Shown: one piece after another, positions 41,601 through 54,700 of the stretch
How positions within the stretch are numbered: position 1 is the stretch's first letter
How the letters are laid out: every line of letters begins with the position of its first letter
Assembly: GCA_965285935.1 (NCBI GenBank)
Contig: OZ260661.1
Location: 45,632,001-45,696,000 of the forward strand
Length of the DNA: 64,000 bases
Reading direction: 5' to 3'
Source of the DNA: Ophelia neglecta
Lineage: Eukaryota
Notes under the pieces: generated by a model
The model's input: the letters and a program-made list of their open reading frames with translations, nothing else
What the model was told of the DNA's origin: nothing
The model's database searches: none
Program-made: the position numbers and the translations under genes

Positions 41601-42397
41601 CTTTTTGAGAAGGCAAAGCACTATTATGGTATTAGACGATTTGCCCTTCCATGCCTTAAAAGCTACATTCATAACCGATCTCAATACGTTTACTTTGATG
41701 GGTCTCAATCGAGGTCCATGGCCTCGAGTTGTGGAACAAGGGTTCTTTCTAGGTCCCATGTCTTAATATTAATGACACGGCAAATGTACATGTAACTGAT
41801 ATTCTTGTCAAGATATTGTTTGCTGATTATTCCAACGCATACATCAGAAGCAGAAAATCGTGATCAATATACAATACCATTTCTTAATGAAGAGATGGGA
41901 AAAATAACACTCTGGTTAGAAGTTAATAAATTAACCTTAAATGTTAACACAAGAAGCCATAAAATGGTTTTCGTTGGAACTAGAAGTAGATGTTATATAA
42001 ATAAACAAAGTAAGCAATGGGTTAATTTCTAGGAATATTAACATTATTGGCTTTAAAAAGGAACAGATGATTGCGGGCTTCCCGGCTAAATATTCAACTT
42101 ATACCCGGTGTTTTGTCTTATTATCTTTATAAAAATTTGAACGATAATGATGCCCCCCCCCCACACACACACACAGAATACCCATCCCACCTGACGATAT
42201 ATTATGAAAAAGCCATGAGACATATATACTCACCACGAATTTCCAGGAACTGTGTGAAAAGTGAGGGAAAACCCGAAATAACTTCCGGCTGGCCCTTTGA
42301 AATTCAGAGGAACACTTTTGAGATCAATATTGTATAATTTAACAAAGCAAAACAGCCCTAAAAGAATAGTGATCCTCGATAACTGTATACAGGCCAT
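29646..42397 (-). CDS. Integrin alpha subunit, alpha4/alpha9-like, paralog B (21 exons, ~1058 aa)
   Basis: Exons: 42397-42234, 40689-40559 (GC donor), 39951-39854, 39619-39383, 39045-38988, 38457-38371, 38208-38117, 37087-37025, 36844-36707, 36472-36370, 36201-36016, 35838-35623, 35371-35220, 34987-34844, 34728-34268, 34109-33917, 32216-32091, 31219-31091, 30595-30509, 30276-30160, 29840-29646. Same phases and motifs as A; KVGFFRR tail; no stop or frameshift found. Confidence 0.92.
32286..32448. mobile_element. Tc1/mariner-pogo-type MITE (intron 16 of B)
   Basis: TIRs CAGTGAAACCTG...CAGGTTTCACTG flanked by TA on both sides; internal AGACCAC repeats; second copy at 61053-61230. Confidence 0.85.
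41210..42010 (+). mobile_element. Degenerate CR1/L2-group LINE RT fragment in intron 1 of paralog B
   Basis: Frame-broken remnants KVPPIFKNGD, GHSTNMALIILVEKI, FDTVRH, QGFFLGP, WLEVNKLTLNV. Confidence 0.7.
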
Positions 42398-44999
42398 TGT
42401 TCAAAGGTTAATTTTCGTGTTCTGAAACACCCCAATAACCTCCTCAGGTCCATTGAAATTCAGAAAACACGTTTACTTTCGTAGTATTCGACTCCATAAA
42501 ACGTCTTTCGTAAATTGTGACATTGGGGCCAACGCGAAACAAGAATTGTCTCTATTTGCCACGGAATGTTCTTCAGAAAGTCATAGTATGTCTTTCGAGC
42601 TCATGCGATATCCACAGTGGTAAATTTACTTCGTCTGTCCTATTATAACGACACAAGCAGAATCCGGCTTCAATAGAAGTGTTATCACGAGGGTATACCC
42701 TGACTAATAAGCTTAAGCTCTAGACGGATGCGTTAATTGAATTGATGAAACGGATCTTAATAAAGGTTATTGGAGAAGACAAAAATGGAGCCAGGGATGG
42801 CAATCAGGTGATATCAGGCCGACCCAGGCGTATAATCTCTTCTTACAAACCGACGTTATTGCGTTGTCCAGTTTAACGATTTAGGAAATGGAACTTGATT
42901 GATTGTTTGGTTATCTGTTTTCTCAAGAATGATATAAAAACTGAGGTAGCTTGGCAACTATTTTGAGACATGATATGGCGGCGTTTTCTGAGTAAGATAT
43001 TGCAGAGCTTAATTAAAACCGACTTAGTTCGTTTAATTTATTTATGTAAAAGAAACTAACTTACACATAAACATACAACATTAATCAAAATTTGACATAT
43101 CGCACGAATAGGTCAACCTTAAAGCCAAGGAAAAATACAAGGATAGATATATAGTTGAAGCAATTTGTTTTCAGCAAACTGTTTGATTTGTTTACCCATG
43201 CGCATGCAATACAAATTTGGGATGAGTATGTGTTTAAGCTGGGTTATAAAGTATTATTGCTTATTTTCGCTTATTTTGAAAAGACTGTCGCTGTCGCCAT
43301 TTACTTACAGTTAAGTTTTGCATGTTTTGATAAGACAAAAAACAAAGTTGTAACGCGACAGATGGTTATTTATGATTGTGCAACCAACAATATGGTAGCT
43401 GACGTGGCTCCTTATCAATTAGACTCACGTGATCGATAAATAATATATGTATGATGCGTGTACCAAACCAACAACTGTATTATAGCAGGTTGCTTTACTA
43501 CATGATAATTATCTTTATAATGATGTCCATGTATACAGGCATGACTACGGTGCAGTGTATTTGTCACTCACAAACCATCAACAAAAACAGGGTTTTTTCT
43601 CCACATAGAACTATAATGCTAATTTGCCTGAGATTGCTGATAATTTTCCCCAAAAAAATTCAAAACTTCTCTTGCCAATACTTACTTTTATTTCAAATAC
43701 TATAAAAGCTTACGGACCACCCGCCCCCCCCCCCCTTTCTCTCTTCAACGAACCCCTAGATGTTCATTGCATTTGGTCCTTGCTTGCACCTACTCGCTTT
43801 TTTCCCGAAACGAATGTCTCCCCTTACCCCCCCCCCCCCTCCCCAAAAAAAATGGAAATACAGGAAAACTGGTGGGGGAATCATTAAATTAGGTGAACAA
43901 CTAAAAAGAAAAAAAAACTAGCCTGATAACTACACACGCAATTGAATTTAGGGCTGTAGCTCAGGTTCTTTCGTCTAGTAGGAGGAGTACCTTTCCTGCT
44001 TAGCCTATGAATACCTCACTTTAAAACAAAAATGGTAAACACTATAAGTGGATAATTCAACAATGATATATATATATTACCAATAAACAAAGTCATATTG
44101 CAGCAGAGGAGAGGAATTTAAGATAACAATGGCCCTTGTGGCACATGGTTTTCAGAATAGAATATGAATGTATGCACATCGGGACTTTAATGATCGAGCC
44201 ATAGAGAAGATGCAACCCACCAATCATAAGTCTCATTCTACCTTTCTGGTAGGCCTAATGGCTGTATACGTTGCAACCAAGCACAGTCTGTGTTTCTTAA
44301 TGCAGCATATTTGTTGCGAAGTTCTATTTTGCCCACGTTGGAATGCAATAATTTATTTCCGCACCCATTCATGCGGCACTTTGGTGACATTTAAGTAACT
44401 TAAAAATAATCGCCATTTACGACAAGGAAGTATTAACCTATCGATATGTAGCTCCAATTTCTATCTAAAACCGGAGACTACGTACACTGGCATTTAGATT
44501 GATTTTGTCTGTAATGATACGTAAAACTATCAAGAACACAGTATACAAGAAACAATGTGTTGTACGAGTAACGATGTTGCATGAAAATGGGACTACTAGA
44601 AAATCAACCAACTAATTCGCTATTGTGACACTGAGCTCCCTTTTGACACTATAAAAGAGCTGACAGCAGAATATCACAGTCAAGATTACATCATCAAAAA
44701 ATTAAGGGGATATCTTCAGGATTTCGAGTTCATTGTTATCCGGTATATAACCACTTTCTTAATTTTGACTCAATACATCTCAATACAAAAAGAGCTGCCA
44801 AATGGGTGTCCATGGAGAGACTGACCTATAATTTATACATGCAATGTGACAGATAAATAATTCTCAATAACAATGACTTGAAAATCAACCGTAGGTGAAT
44901 ATAGTTTGACTTCATTCTGATGAGGGTGACATACATTTGAATTTTACTAAACCTGTAAAGTTTTTTTGCGTTTCACTACTAAATAAAAATTACTATAGC

Positions 45000-46200
45000 C
45001 TAAATGCAATAAAAAGTTAAATGGAATTTTTTTTATAAATTGGGATGATATCAAGTAAAGATCCTTCTACACCATTGTAGTGAGAGGGAGCAGCTACTGT
45101 CAACATAGGATTATAACTCATATAGTTAGCATCTAATAGTTATACTCCTCGCCAGTGTTAGTGTTTATTTGCCATAAATATCAACTGAAATATGATAGAT
45201 TTTCCTTACCTCTAGATACATTTCTATTAGTATGTTGGATGTGTACTTTCTAAGTCAAGGGGGTGCTCTCCACTAGGGATACACTTCTATTTTTATGAGG
45301 ACATTACAAGTCTGCCCAAATTAACTGCGACGTCCTCTGAAAATATAGAGTGTTTTCCCTGCTTTGAATATCAATTAATCTGCAAGTGTGTTAATTTGGT
45401 CATCTCAGAATTAACGCCATCAATAAGTCTATAAATGTTCTTTCCAGATATGACTGCATTTAAGGTATCGGAACAAATTCAAATAGATCACGTACATGAA
45501 CAATACCGTTAATGTAAATCAGAAAAGGTTACGGCCTTATGCAGTATGGACCCCTTGGGACCACATATGAAAGAGACATTTGGCTAAAAAAGCTACCTAC
45601 TAAATCAACAAAGTATTGCCTCCCAGAGCTATATTTCTCAAATAAAACCAATTTTGTGCAACCACCCTAATTCCACAATGTTGAAATTTTCCTAGTGTCT
45701 TTTATTACAATATTAGTCTTTCACAAACGTTTTCCGTCTATGTTGTTGCGGATTGTGTTTTTTTTCACCGAGAGGATTGATGTTGGTCGGCCTGTAGCTG
45801 ACGGGTCCTGATTATTTCAGACCTATGTATTTGACTATGCTCGATTATTTGTTAGCCTTGTCTGAGGGGTATCAAAATTACGTCTTCAAATTATATTATA
45901 TTGAATCATAGTTAAATCCTAACAGGACAGTACCTGATGGTATAGCGGAATGCTATTGATATTTGTATTGACCTTTCGGTGAGAGATCATATCCGCTTGA
46001 CCCATTCCCCACCCAAACCCCAACCACACCCCGTTCTTTAATTCCAGCTTCTGCCATTGAAACACCACCAATACACGGTTCCTCCGCCACGGTGGCTGAT
46101 ATTCGAACTATATTCAGCTCTCAATTTCTTCAGACACTGGTTAGATCAGGGGTTACTGTTTCAGCGATTAAGATGGAGTAAAAACCGATAGTCAGTCGAA
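45000..46200 (-). mobile_element. Highly degenerate CR1/L2-group LINE fossil downstream of paralog A
   Basis: Minus-strand remnants SSGYDLSPK (~45970-46000), PxSYRPTNI (~45780-45806), HCGIRVVAQNWF and MSLSYVVPRGSIL (~45540-45680). DNA blocks shared with 29070-29570 (tacctctagata...ttggatgtgtac; gaaagagacatttgg). Boundaries approximate. Confidence 0.65.
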
Positions 46201-47505
46201 GTTATTACGAATCCGAATCGCCAAAAAGACAACGAGTTACTTATTTTAGTCTACGACTTTCAGTAGGCGCCCTAAGGTTCATATGTGCCGATATAATTAT
46301 TACAATTGAGTCATAGAAAATGTGGGCTATGTTTAAGACTTCTAGTAGTTACCTTTCTCATGAAATGCTACTTATCCAATGTGCTTTCTTTCTGGGTCCC
46401 TGAAGTGCCAAGAGGTGATAAAGACCAGTGTAGTGTAGTAATTGCAATGCCGCCAGGCTTGAATACATCGTCTAAACCAAATACTGGCATAGGCCTATAC
46501 TCTTTCGCCCACGAAAGAAGTATGAGCCAAAAGCACGTAACAATCTTTACCGCGTTTCGCTTGGCCGAACGTTGGACTAGAATACATGACCCCAACATGC
46601 ATTCAAAAACGTTCAATAGCAAGAAAAATATTTGTCTAGCCATAAAGCCTTTATATGAATGGTAAAAGATTACATCGTCAGTACACACAAACAAAAATAT
46701 AACATTAATGCTAAAGCTTCAATTAAAATTTTAAAATTATAAATTGGAATTGTATTCTTGGTTCATATGATTCCAGATAATACCTGTAGCACAGAATAAA
46801 TAACCATGATCTCGTACGTAGAAAATTAATAGTTTGGTCAAGGAAAATGTTAATATATTTCGGTAAATTTTCAGTTTCAGGGTGCGCGAGGTAATGGACT
46901 ATATACCGTGAGCTCGAAATTAGCATGTGCATAAATCATTTTATTTATTTTCAAAATTCCAAGAGGTTCATGGGTTTTAAATTTGAAAAAAAATCAATAC
47001 TACAACTGCAAGCTTCTAGCTTCATATTAATCTTAATTGCTCAATACTTATGATTAGAGGTAATCTATCAACAAAAAAGGAGATGCAAACGGTATAGCTT
47101 AATACAGCATGTCACTCAATTACTTCCCTCATTTCGGAAAAGTATAATTATTCAAAATATTATTGAAACAATTTCTAAAGCTCAAACGCCGTATATACAT
47201 AAAACATATTATGCTCAATATGAATTTTGGACAAATCCATAACGCAAGTTATAAAAATATTCATACAAAAAAGTTTAAGCTATATTATATCTATGAGTAA
47301 AAATGAAAAGATATTTTCTTTGCTAAAGCCTTAATATTGACCAGTGGTACCTGGCAAATGCGCCAATATTAATATTTATGTGGCTATTCGTAGCTTATGA
47401 TAAGGACTTATCGCATCATAAAAGTGAGTTCATGCTATGTCCAAATCCTTATAAATGCAAAGGGCAACAATAATTGGAAGCATCCACTTTCCGGTTAATA
47501 ACACA

Positions 47506-48760
47506 TCAACTTTCCTTTTTCTTCATGACGGCGCTCACGTACTCTTCCATGACTGCTTTTTCCTCCTGTGGAGTTTGGGGGTTAGTCTGTTCGAGTTCCT
47601 TTTCATGATCATGCTCCACCTCGTCCCCATGTTTAATACAGGATTCTTCCTGGATCTTGCTCTCCCTGACCGCCGCAATGCCCTCGTGGCGATTGCGGCG
47701 GAAGAAGCCCATCTGCATATGATACAGGTAGAGTGAAGGTTGGAAAGTCGTTGGTATCTACTATCTTTTTAATATACATTTTGTTATTTTTAACATATAA
47801 TGTGCCCATTTAAAGAATGATTCATACGTGTCTGTCTCGGAAACATGGAGCGTATGCAGCTCATGATATAAATGTAAGTTTACTGTGTAAAAGGAATTAT
47901 TGACATAAACTGACCTTCATGAGGACAATGATAAGAATGATAAATAGTATAATTCCTGCGACACCGCTGACTATTATCACCCACCAGGGCACGCTCTGGT
48001 CTGCAGAGGGGGGAAGAATTGATGTCTTGATCTGAATTGATAGTTGTAGAAACACACGGCAATTATTGGCAAGTAGTCCACCATGATTTCATATAATAGG
48101 GGCAACAATTTAGGACACGTGTTACCTCAGTAGTTGACCTTCTAAAGATAGACTGATACATGAAGACCATTATTGGGAATAAGTTGTGAAATGAATTCTC
48201 AATGCTAAATGGTGTTTAAATCAGGGGCCATGAGGCCAAATTGGCAATTTAAGCATCTTTTAATTAGTTGTTTGAATTATATTTAAAAGTCGAATTGAGT
48301 TCGGAATTGACATGTCAATTTTGAACTTAATTTTGCATGAGGCAACTAGATGATGCCATAATCACATTACTTAGAGAATTTAATGGGCCCCCAGGCTTTT
48401 GTTTTTAATAAATAATACCAAATAGAGTGCAGAAGAGATTAAATGAGCCGTAAATCCGCTAATTTATGCTACTTTTTGCTATTCCCTGATTATTTTCAGC
48501 TTTTTTTAGAAAATAATATTATTGAACTATTGCCTCTTATCACTCATGGACATATTCCGACAGTTGAAAATTACTTTTTAAAACTAACTAACTTAAAGAC
48601 ATAGTTGCGCTAGAATGCTCTACTTGGGTTATGACTCCTGTAAAGTGACCTTAAGACTCATTTCCGAATAAAGGTGTTCATATATTCTTTGTTTGTTTTA
48701 GAAGGTCAACTAAGTATCAACTGTTTAAATTGGTGCACCTATTTTATGAATTTTGGAATC

Positions 48761-48791
<31 letters not shown>

Positions 48792-51700
48792 ACTCATATG
48801 ATCCCATGTATTAACGAATGGCGTCCGAAAATGTCTGAAAATATTTCTAATCAAACACATTTGTATATAAACAAATAACAGTTTAATTAATATGTTTGTC
48901 TGTTTAAGGTAGTACCTGAATATTCTGACACAGTCCACAGTCGCCTCTTCCTATATACCTGGGTAACTTGATATCGGACACGAACGTAAAACCAGTTTCG
49001 CTCTATATATAGACAACGAGATGTACTATCCATTAGCACTTTATACTTAAGAAAACACATGTTTCAAAAGAATTCCATGTCCGGTAAATGGACATGGAAC
49101 TTTGTGCCGTACGCTGCAAGTTAAATATCTACCTATGTGAAAGCAGAATATTAAATTGAGGGCTCAGAGACAAAGTATGCTTTGTAGCAAAATGATTAGT
49201 TTTGAGATGCTATTGAGTGATATTCTTCTTACGACTCTAACGTAGTACATGTACCTGTAATTTATCAGTTGGGGCATACAGAAAAGGTTGCATCATTATT
49301 ATTACTTAAATCTAATATGTATTATTTCTGTAGTGAGTACACCAAGTGAATAAATAGAATACTAGCATTTTTATACATATGTTAGGTTATATTCGACGGT
49401 ATCGGATGTCATGCGCGTCTCGGTGCTTTGTATGGGCATTTGACCCGTATCCAGGCAAACAATTTACGTTTGAGGCTTAAACAAAAAGTCTATACAAGTT
49501 TTAACTTGTATTAAAACTAAGCGCTTTTTAGTAAACTATATTTTAAAACTAATTTCTTGGTGCAAAGATGCTTCTGGTAAATAACTATATCTTTAGCATG
49601 CGCTCCTTGTCTCGTTTAGACAATCACATGTTTTACGAGTTATAATTATTACAACCCTGTCATATTAGAAAATAAGAAAGAAAATCTCATTTGAGTTAGA
49701 TGTCAAATAGCATACTTTGAATCCAAGCCCATGAAATACGGTTTCATCCGAAGGTATTTCCACATCCACGTTATAAGTTATGGTGACTGTTTCCTTGACT
49801 GCAAGATTATGAATCTCGCACTCCGCGTAATCGTTAGAATTCGCCTGAAAAAAAAACAGGAATTTAAACCAAACTTCAGATGGTGTAGTAAAAGAATTCA
49901 GTTGGATTCTAGAGCAATCATCAGTTCCAAATCGATGTCGCAACGTTAATTGTCGCAAAAATTGCCAGAAGACAAACACTAACTACTAAACAAAGCCATA
50001 TTTTATACAATACAGAAATCGTATTTCATATCAAATGAACCTGGTATTGTAAATATGGGTAGTGTACTAAGACTGCAATATGACAATCAGATTCACCAAT
50101 TTCGGTGTTTACGGTGGGGAGGGCCCTGCCAAATATATATATATATTGATATGTGAGCAAAGAGTAGTAGCTAAACATGCTCTAAAAAAATCTTGGCCCC
50201 ATGACACTTCCCTGATATGACGTCAAAAGACTCAAAAGTGTTATGGAATGTGTACCATTTTCGAGCATGAGCATTTAGGACAGGCAAAATCGGGATTTGT
50301 CAAGTATTTCCAGAAAAATATATGGAAGAATTTGGCAGGAACTAACGTTAAATAATTATAATACAATTTTATAATTGCGATAAAAAGAAAAACATATATT
50401 TGATTTCATTGATTATATCGCAAAAATATGCAACAAAATAAGTATATTCCAGAATCTATCCGTGAATGGCATGGCCGAAATAAGATCTGCCGGATTGAAT
50501 CACCATTTTGTATAGGTAATACACGTGTCTGATTGGCCTTAACTCTCCCGCTGACCAAAGACAATAATTTTATCATAATAATGTAAATAGTTATTGCATT
50601 AAAATGGAACTCAACTCCTCACCAGGTTGTGATTTCGTGGTTGTTTGTTCAAATTCTGACTTTGCACAGGTTCGGTTTGATGTTTCCCATTGCCGTTTTC
50701 TACAAATCGACAACTGCCGAGTTTAACCCCACGGAACCCTTTTGAGACCTACAAAGAAAGTTACTAGTCATCACACTGACTGCTTTTCACGGTACTAATA
50801 AATTAAAACACAATTGAAATAGCAAAATCAAGGTATTATTTCAATGAATATATTTCCTATAATGATTAAATACAAAGCAAGCTATGTAATTGGTAAAAAT
50901 CAACTAAGCAGAAGAAAAGCACCTGTAAGCCAGAAATATTGAAGACGATGTCGCTATAGAGGTCAACAATTGGCAGACGAATGAGTACGGTAAAATTTGG
51001 AGCCAAACCAGGCCCTTCATTTCGGACGTCAATCACGTGCTTTGCTCTTTGTAAACCCTTCCCCGAAACCCCTTCCGCGGTTGTCGCTATGGCAACTAGC
51101 ATATCGGGGTTAGAAAATCTAGGATGCAAAACAATCATCTTCAAAAATAATATCCTCCTAATCAAACATGTTATATAAATGGGTGCTGAAAACAGTCGAC
51201 AAATACGAACGATCCGGTCCTAAGTTTAGATTGAATAAAGCGATATTCTAGCCGGATATGTGTTACAATATAATTACCCTTTTGCTAGTAGGCTAGCCTC
51301 GTTTATGGCCGGGATTATCACTGTGACGTTGTTGTTTTTCAGTTCCTCCTCTGTTTCCGTTGATCGAGTGCTGACAACTGCTGTAAACCTCAGGTCGTTT
51401 GGCGCCAGTTTTTCAGAACAACACACGACGAATGATATTGTCTGGGAGGAGTTGGGAAGCATTGGATTTCCTGTATCACAGGAAAATACTTCAAAATCAG
51501 TCTCCTTGTCATTACTCCCCTTGACACAAGATTGAGATCGGTATTGGGAAACTGTGATCCCTTGAGTAAATAGAAAATCCAGCCGAGAATTATAAGCACC
51601 ATCTTCTCCATTCAATATTTCGATGTGAAATAGTACCGGGTGCTGTTGTCCAATCACGTACGTCGTAGCATTGGCCATCATCTCCACCGCCAAATCTGTT

Positions 51701-54700
51701 CTGCAGATTAAATCACGGCATTTCTTGCAGAAATGCATCTAGCGAAATGAAAAAGGCCACATCAAAGGTTAGAGACAATAAATGGCATTATGAAATGTTT
51801 TTTAAATTTACTTATTATATATAGTATAATAATATGATGTTTATATTAACCTCAGTAACCATTGAACCAGATTGTGTCTGATTGATGATCGGAGCCAAGC
51901 CGTACGGATTGTCTCTTCTTAGCTCCTCGCTGTCATTGTCAAGTGAGTAGCGTGTTGTTAAACGGATCGGCCTGATCTTATCTACAGTGTTCTTCTGCCA
52001 ATGAAAAACTAAAAAGGTTTCGGGTGCATACATTTACCTTGTTTATTCCTTTTAGTTTATTGATTCTCAGGAAAGACTACGACAAAGGCAGAATCAAGTT
52101 TACTGTAGTTTCTGAAAGCTACATTAATAAACAGAACACAGACAAAGGGATGAATTATCATAAAATGTCGTCTGCCTTTGAAAGGTCCTAAATCATATTA
52201 TCAAAGTGAACTAGTGTTGTACACGCGCTGTACAAAGCACTAAATATATTCGCTATGCTGTTCAACCGAATGTTCTCAAGTACGTAACTTACTGGCACTT
52301 GGATTATAATGTTCTGTTTTGTTTCCTCCTGTAGTTCCAGGACCTCCCGACCTCGCCCTTCTCCCGTCGCGTTCCCGTGATTGATCAAACGAGCTCTGTG
52401 TGTAAGATCTTCGTAATCGTCCATAATGGTATCCCAGTTTATTGCTGAGAGAGGGGAAATATTATTTTTAGCTTCTACAGTTTATTCCTGAATCTTCCAA
52501 TTGTACTGAAGGTTAATAGAATAAGTTATTAAATTAGTGGTTCACCGTGTGTTCGCGCCAGGGCCTCGGGTTTGGAAGAATTCCATGCCAACTTGAAGCT
52601 AACCCTAAAACAAGGAACGCTGTTTCCTGAAGACAATACACACACGTGTTGCTCCGGCTTGACGCACGTGTCTTGGAGGGTAATGGTTGTCATTATTGTG
52701 ATGACTGGTCTTGAACGGACAACAAACACGTGGTTCGAGTCGTAAGCTCCGACACCAAGATCTACTCAAAGAGACACGCTATTTAACATGGGTTTTGACA
52801 TTTTTTTATTAAACCTGGATTTCAACATTTTTGCGAAGTTGGACGAAAAAACAATTCGATAACATGGAATTGGTCTAATTTTATTTTTACAAATTTGATA
52901 TTCCGAAATATAATAACACAAGTTGGTAACATTTTATACAAGTATCTGAAGTGAATCTAGATGTGATTGTGAAGCTAAAAGTGCACCTGAATGTGGATTC
53001 CAATCTTATTTCACTTTGATTAGTTTTAAGTGGTCTAAAAATAATAACCAACACTCCCCTAGCATACAAAAATAATACGAGTTGAGAGTATTTAGTGGAA
53101 TCATGTAATTTCGATTGAAGTTCAGATATATTTTGTATATAAATCAAATTCTTCTGATATATATCAACACATTCAAATGAATTACTTCCGACTTTTAAAG
53201 TTTTCGAGTGAAGTAGAATAAACGTGGAATGTAACAAGCAGACTTTATATTACCGTCATATCCGTTTCCATCTATGTCAAATGCTCCCGCCATCCCATAT
53301 CCTAGACCACGTGGCTGTCCTGGCAGCTCATTGGCCGATATTCGCTGAGTATAGTTGATGGATACACCGTTAGGGGAGCCGTTAAACACATACACAGCGC
53401 CACGATTGTCGTTCTCATAGGGAGCTCCTACTACTATGTCTGAGTGCGGATATTGAAAAAGTGGTTTAAAGGTTGACGATTCCTGCTGTAAGATTACATT
53501 TAATATGAACTTTAGTACAGCATTCTTGACGTCTGAAATATTTATAAACATCTTGAAGAGTTTCCTGAAATGGTAACTTCTTTTTATGAAAATGCAGTGC
53601 AATAAACATGAAGGGATGTCAGAATTGGTATTCCCGTGATTTAATTATTTAATTGACAAAATCAGGACCAAAATTATGATAGCATACTATAGCATATTAA
53701 TCAAATAATAAGTGTAATGACCGTTGTAACCATCGCCATCCAGATCGCCTGCCGAAGATAGTGTTGTTCCAAATCTACTGAACTGCTGGTCGCTCTTCAG
53801 CTTGGGTCCTTCGATCAAATCACCCTGTTTAAAGAAAACTTACAGTCTTGTTTACTTGACGGCTAAAGGGGACAAGTCAAATATGATTCCTCTTATGTTT
53901 TAAACAATTTTATTAATCTCGAAAGAAAGCAAAATGTGTAAACAATTTATATAAACTTAGATAAGAACGACACAACGTTTAATTACGAGTTGATCCCTAA
54001 CGTGATTTGATGTTTTTGCATGCATGGTAGAGAGAACTGTTCAACAGGACTTTACCTGAATACCATAATACACGTGTACGAGACCCTCGTCTCCCACGCG
54101 AGTCTGTTGGAATGGGGCTCCTACAAATAGGTCATCCCAGCCGTCTCCGTTGACATCAACAGCTAACAGAGCAGACCCGAAACCAGACTTAAACTGAATT
54201 AAACAAACATAATTAAGATTTTTTCTTTAACTTTAAGATCACTGGCCTTAAAAGGACAAACACTTCTTGGATATTAGTAATAGTAACTATGCATAATTTG
54301 TTTTCTACTTTTGAACGTACATTTCTGGGTAGTGTATGGCTCCCCCTTCAATCATTGGTAGCCTATGTCTAATGGACCCAGAGTCAACTATTTAACAAAG
54401 CTGTGTGTCATTTGGCAACATACGCTACATTCTGTCTCGAATGCCTGACAAGCATTATCCTTCGCGATCTCCATACACTTAATTTTGAAAGAATTTTCCT
54501 AAGTTATTTTTTGTTTTCCTGTCCTTAGATAAATTATTTGTGATGTTAAATTATAATTTTTCTAAATGAACGTTCTCGTGCAACTGTGTGCTAACCATCT
54601 CAGATACAAATTTTGGAAGAGACTATTATACTATTTGGCTTGGTTTTGCCGGCCGACTAAAAATAATGTACAAGCTTTTAAAAATATACAATACACAATA

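Noticed and set aside
46306-46694. Overlapping 119-aa and 108-aa ORFs between A and B
   Set aside because: No recognisable domain or convincing splice sites; adjacent to a LINE fossil.
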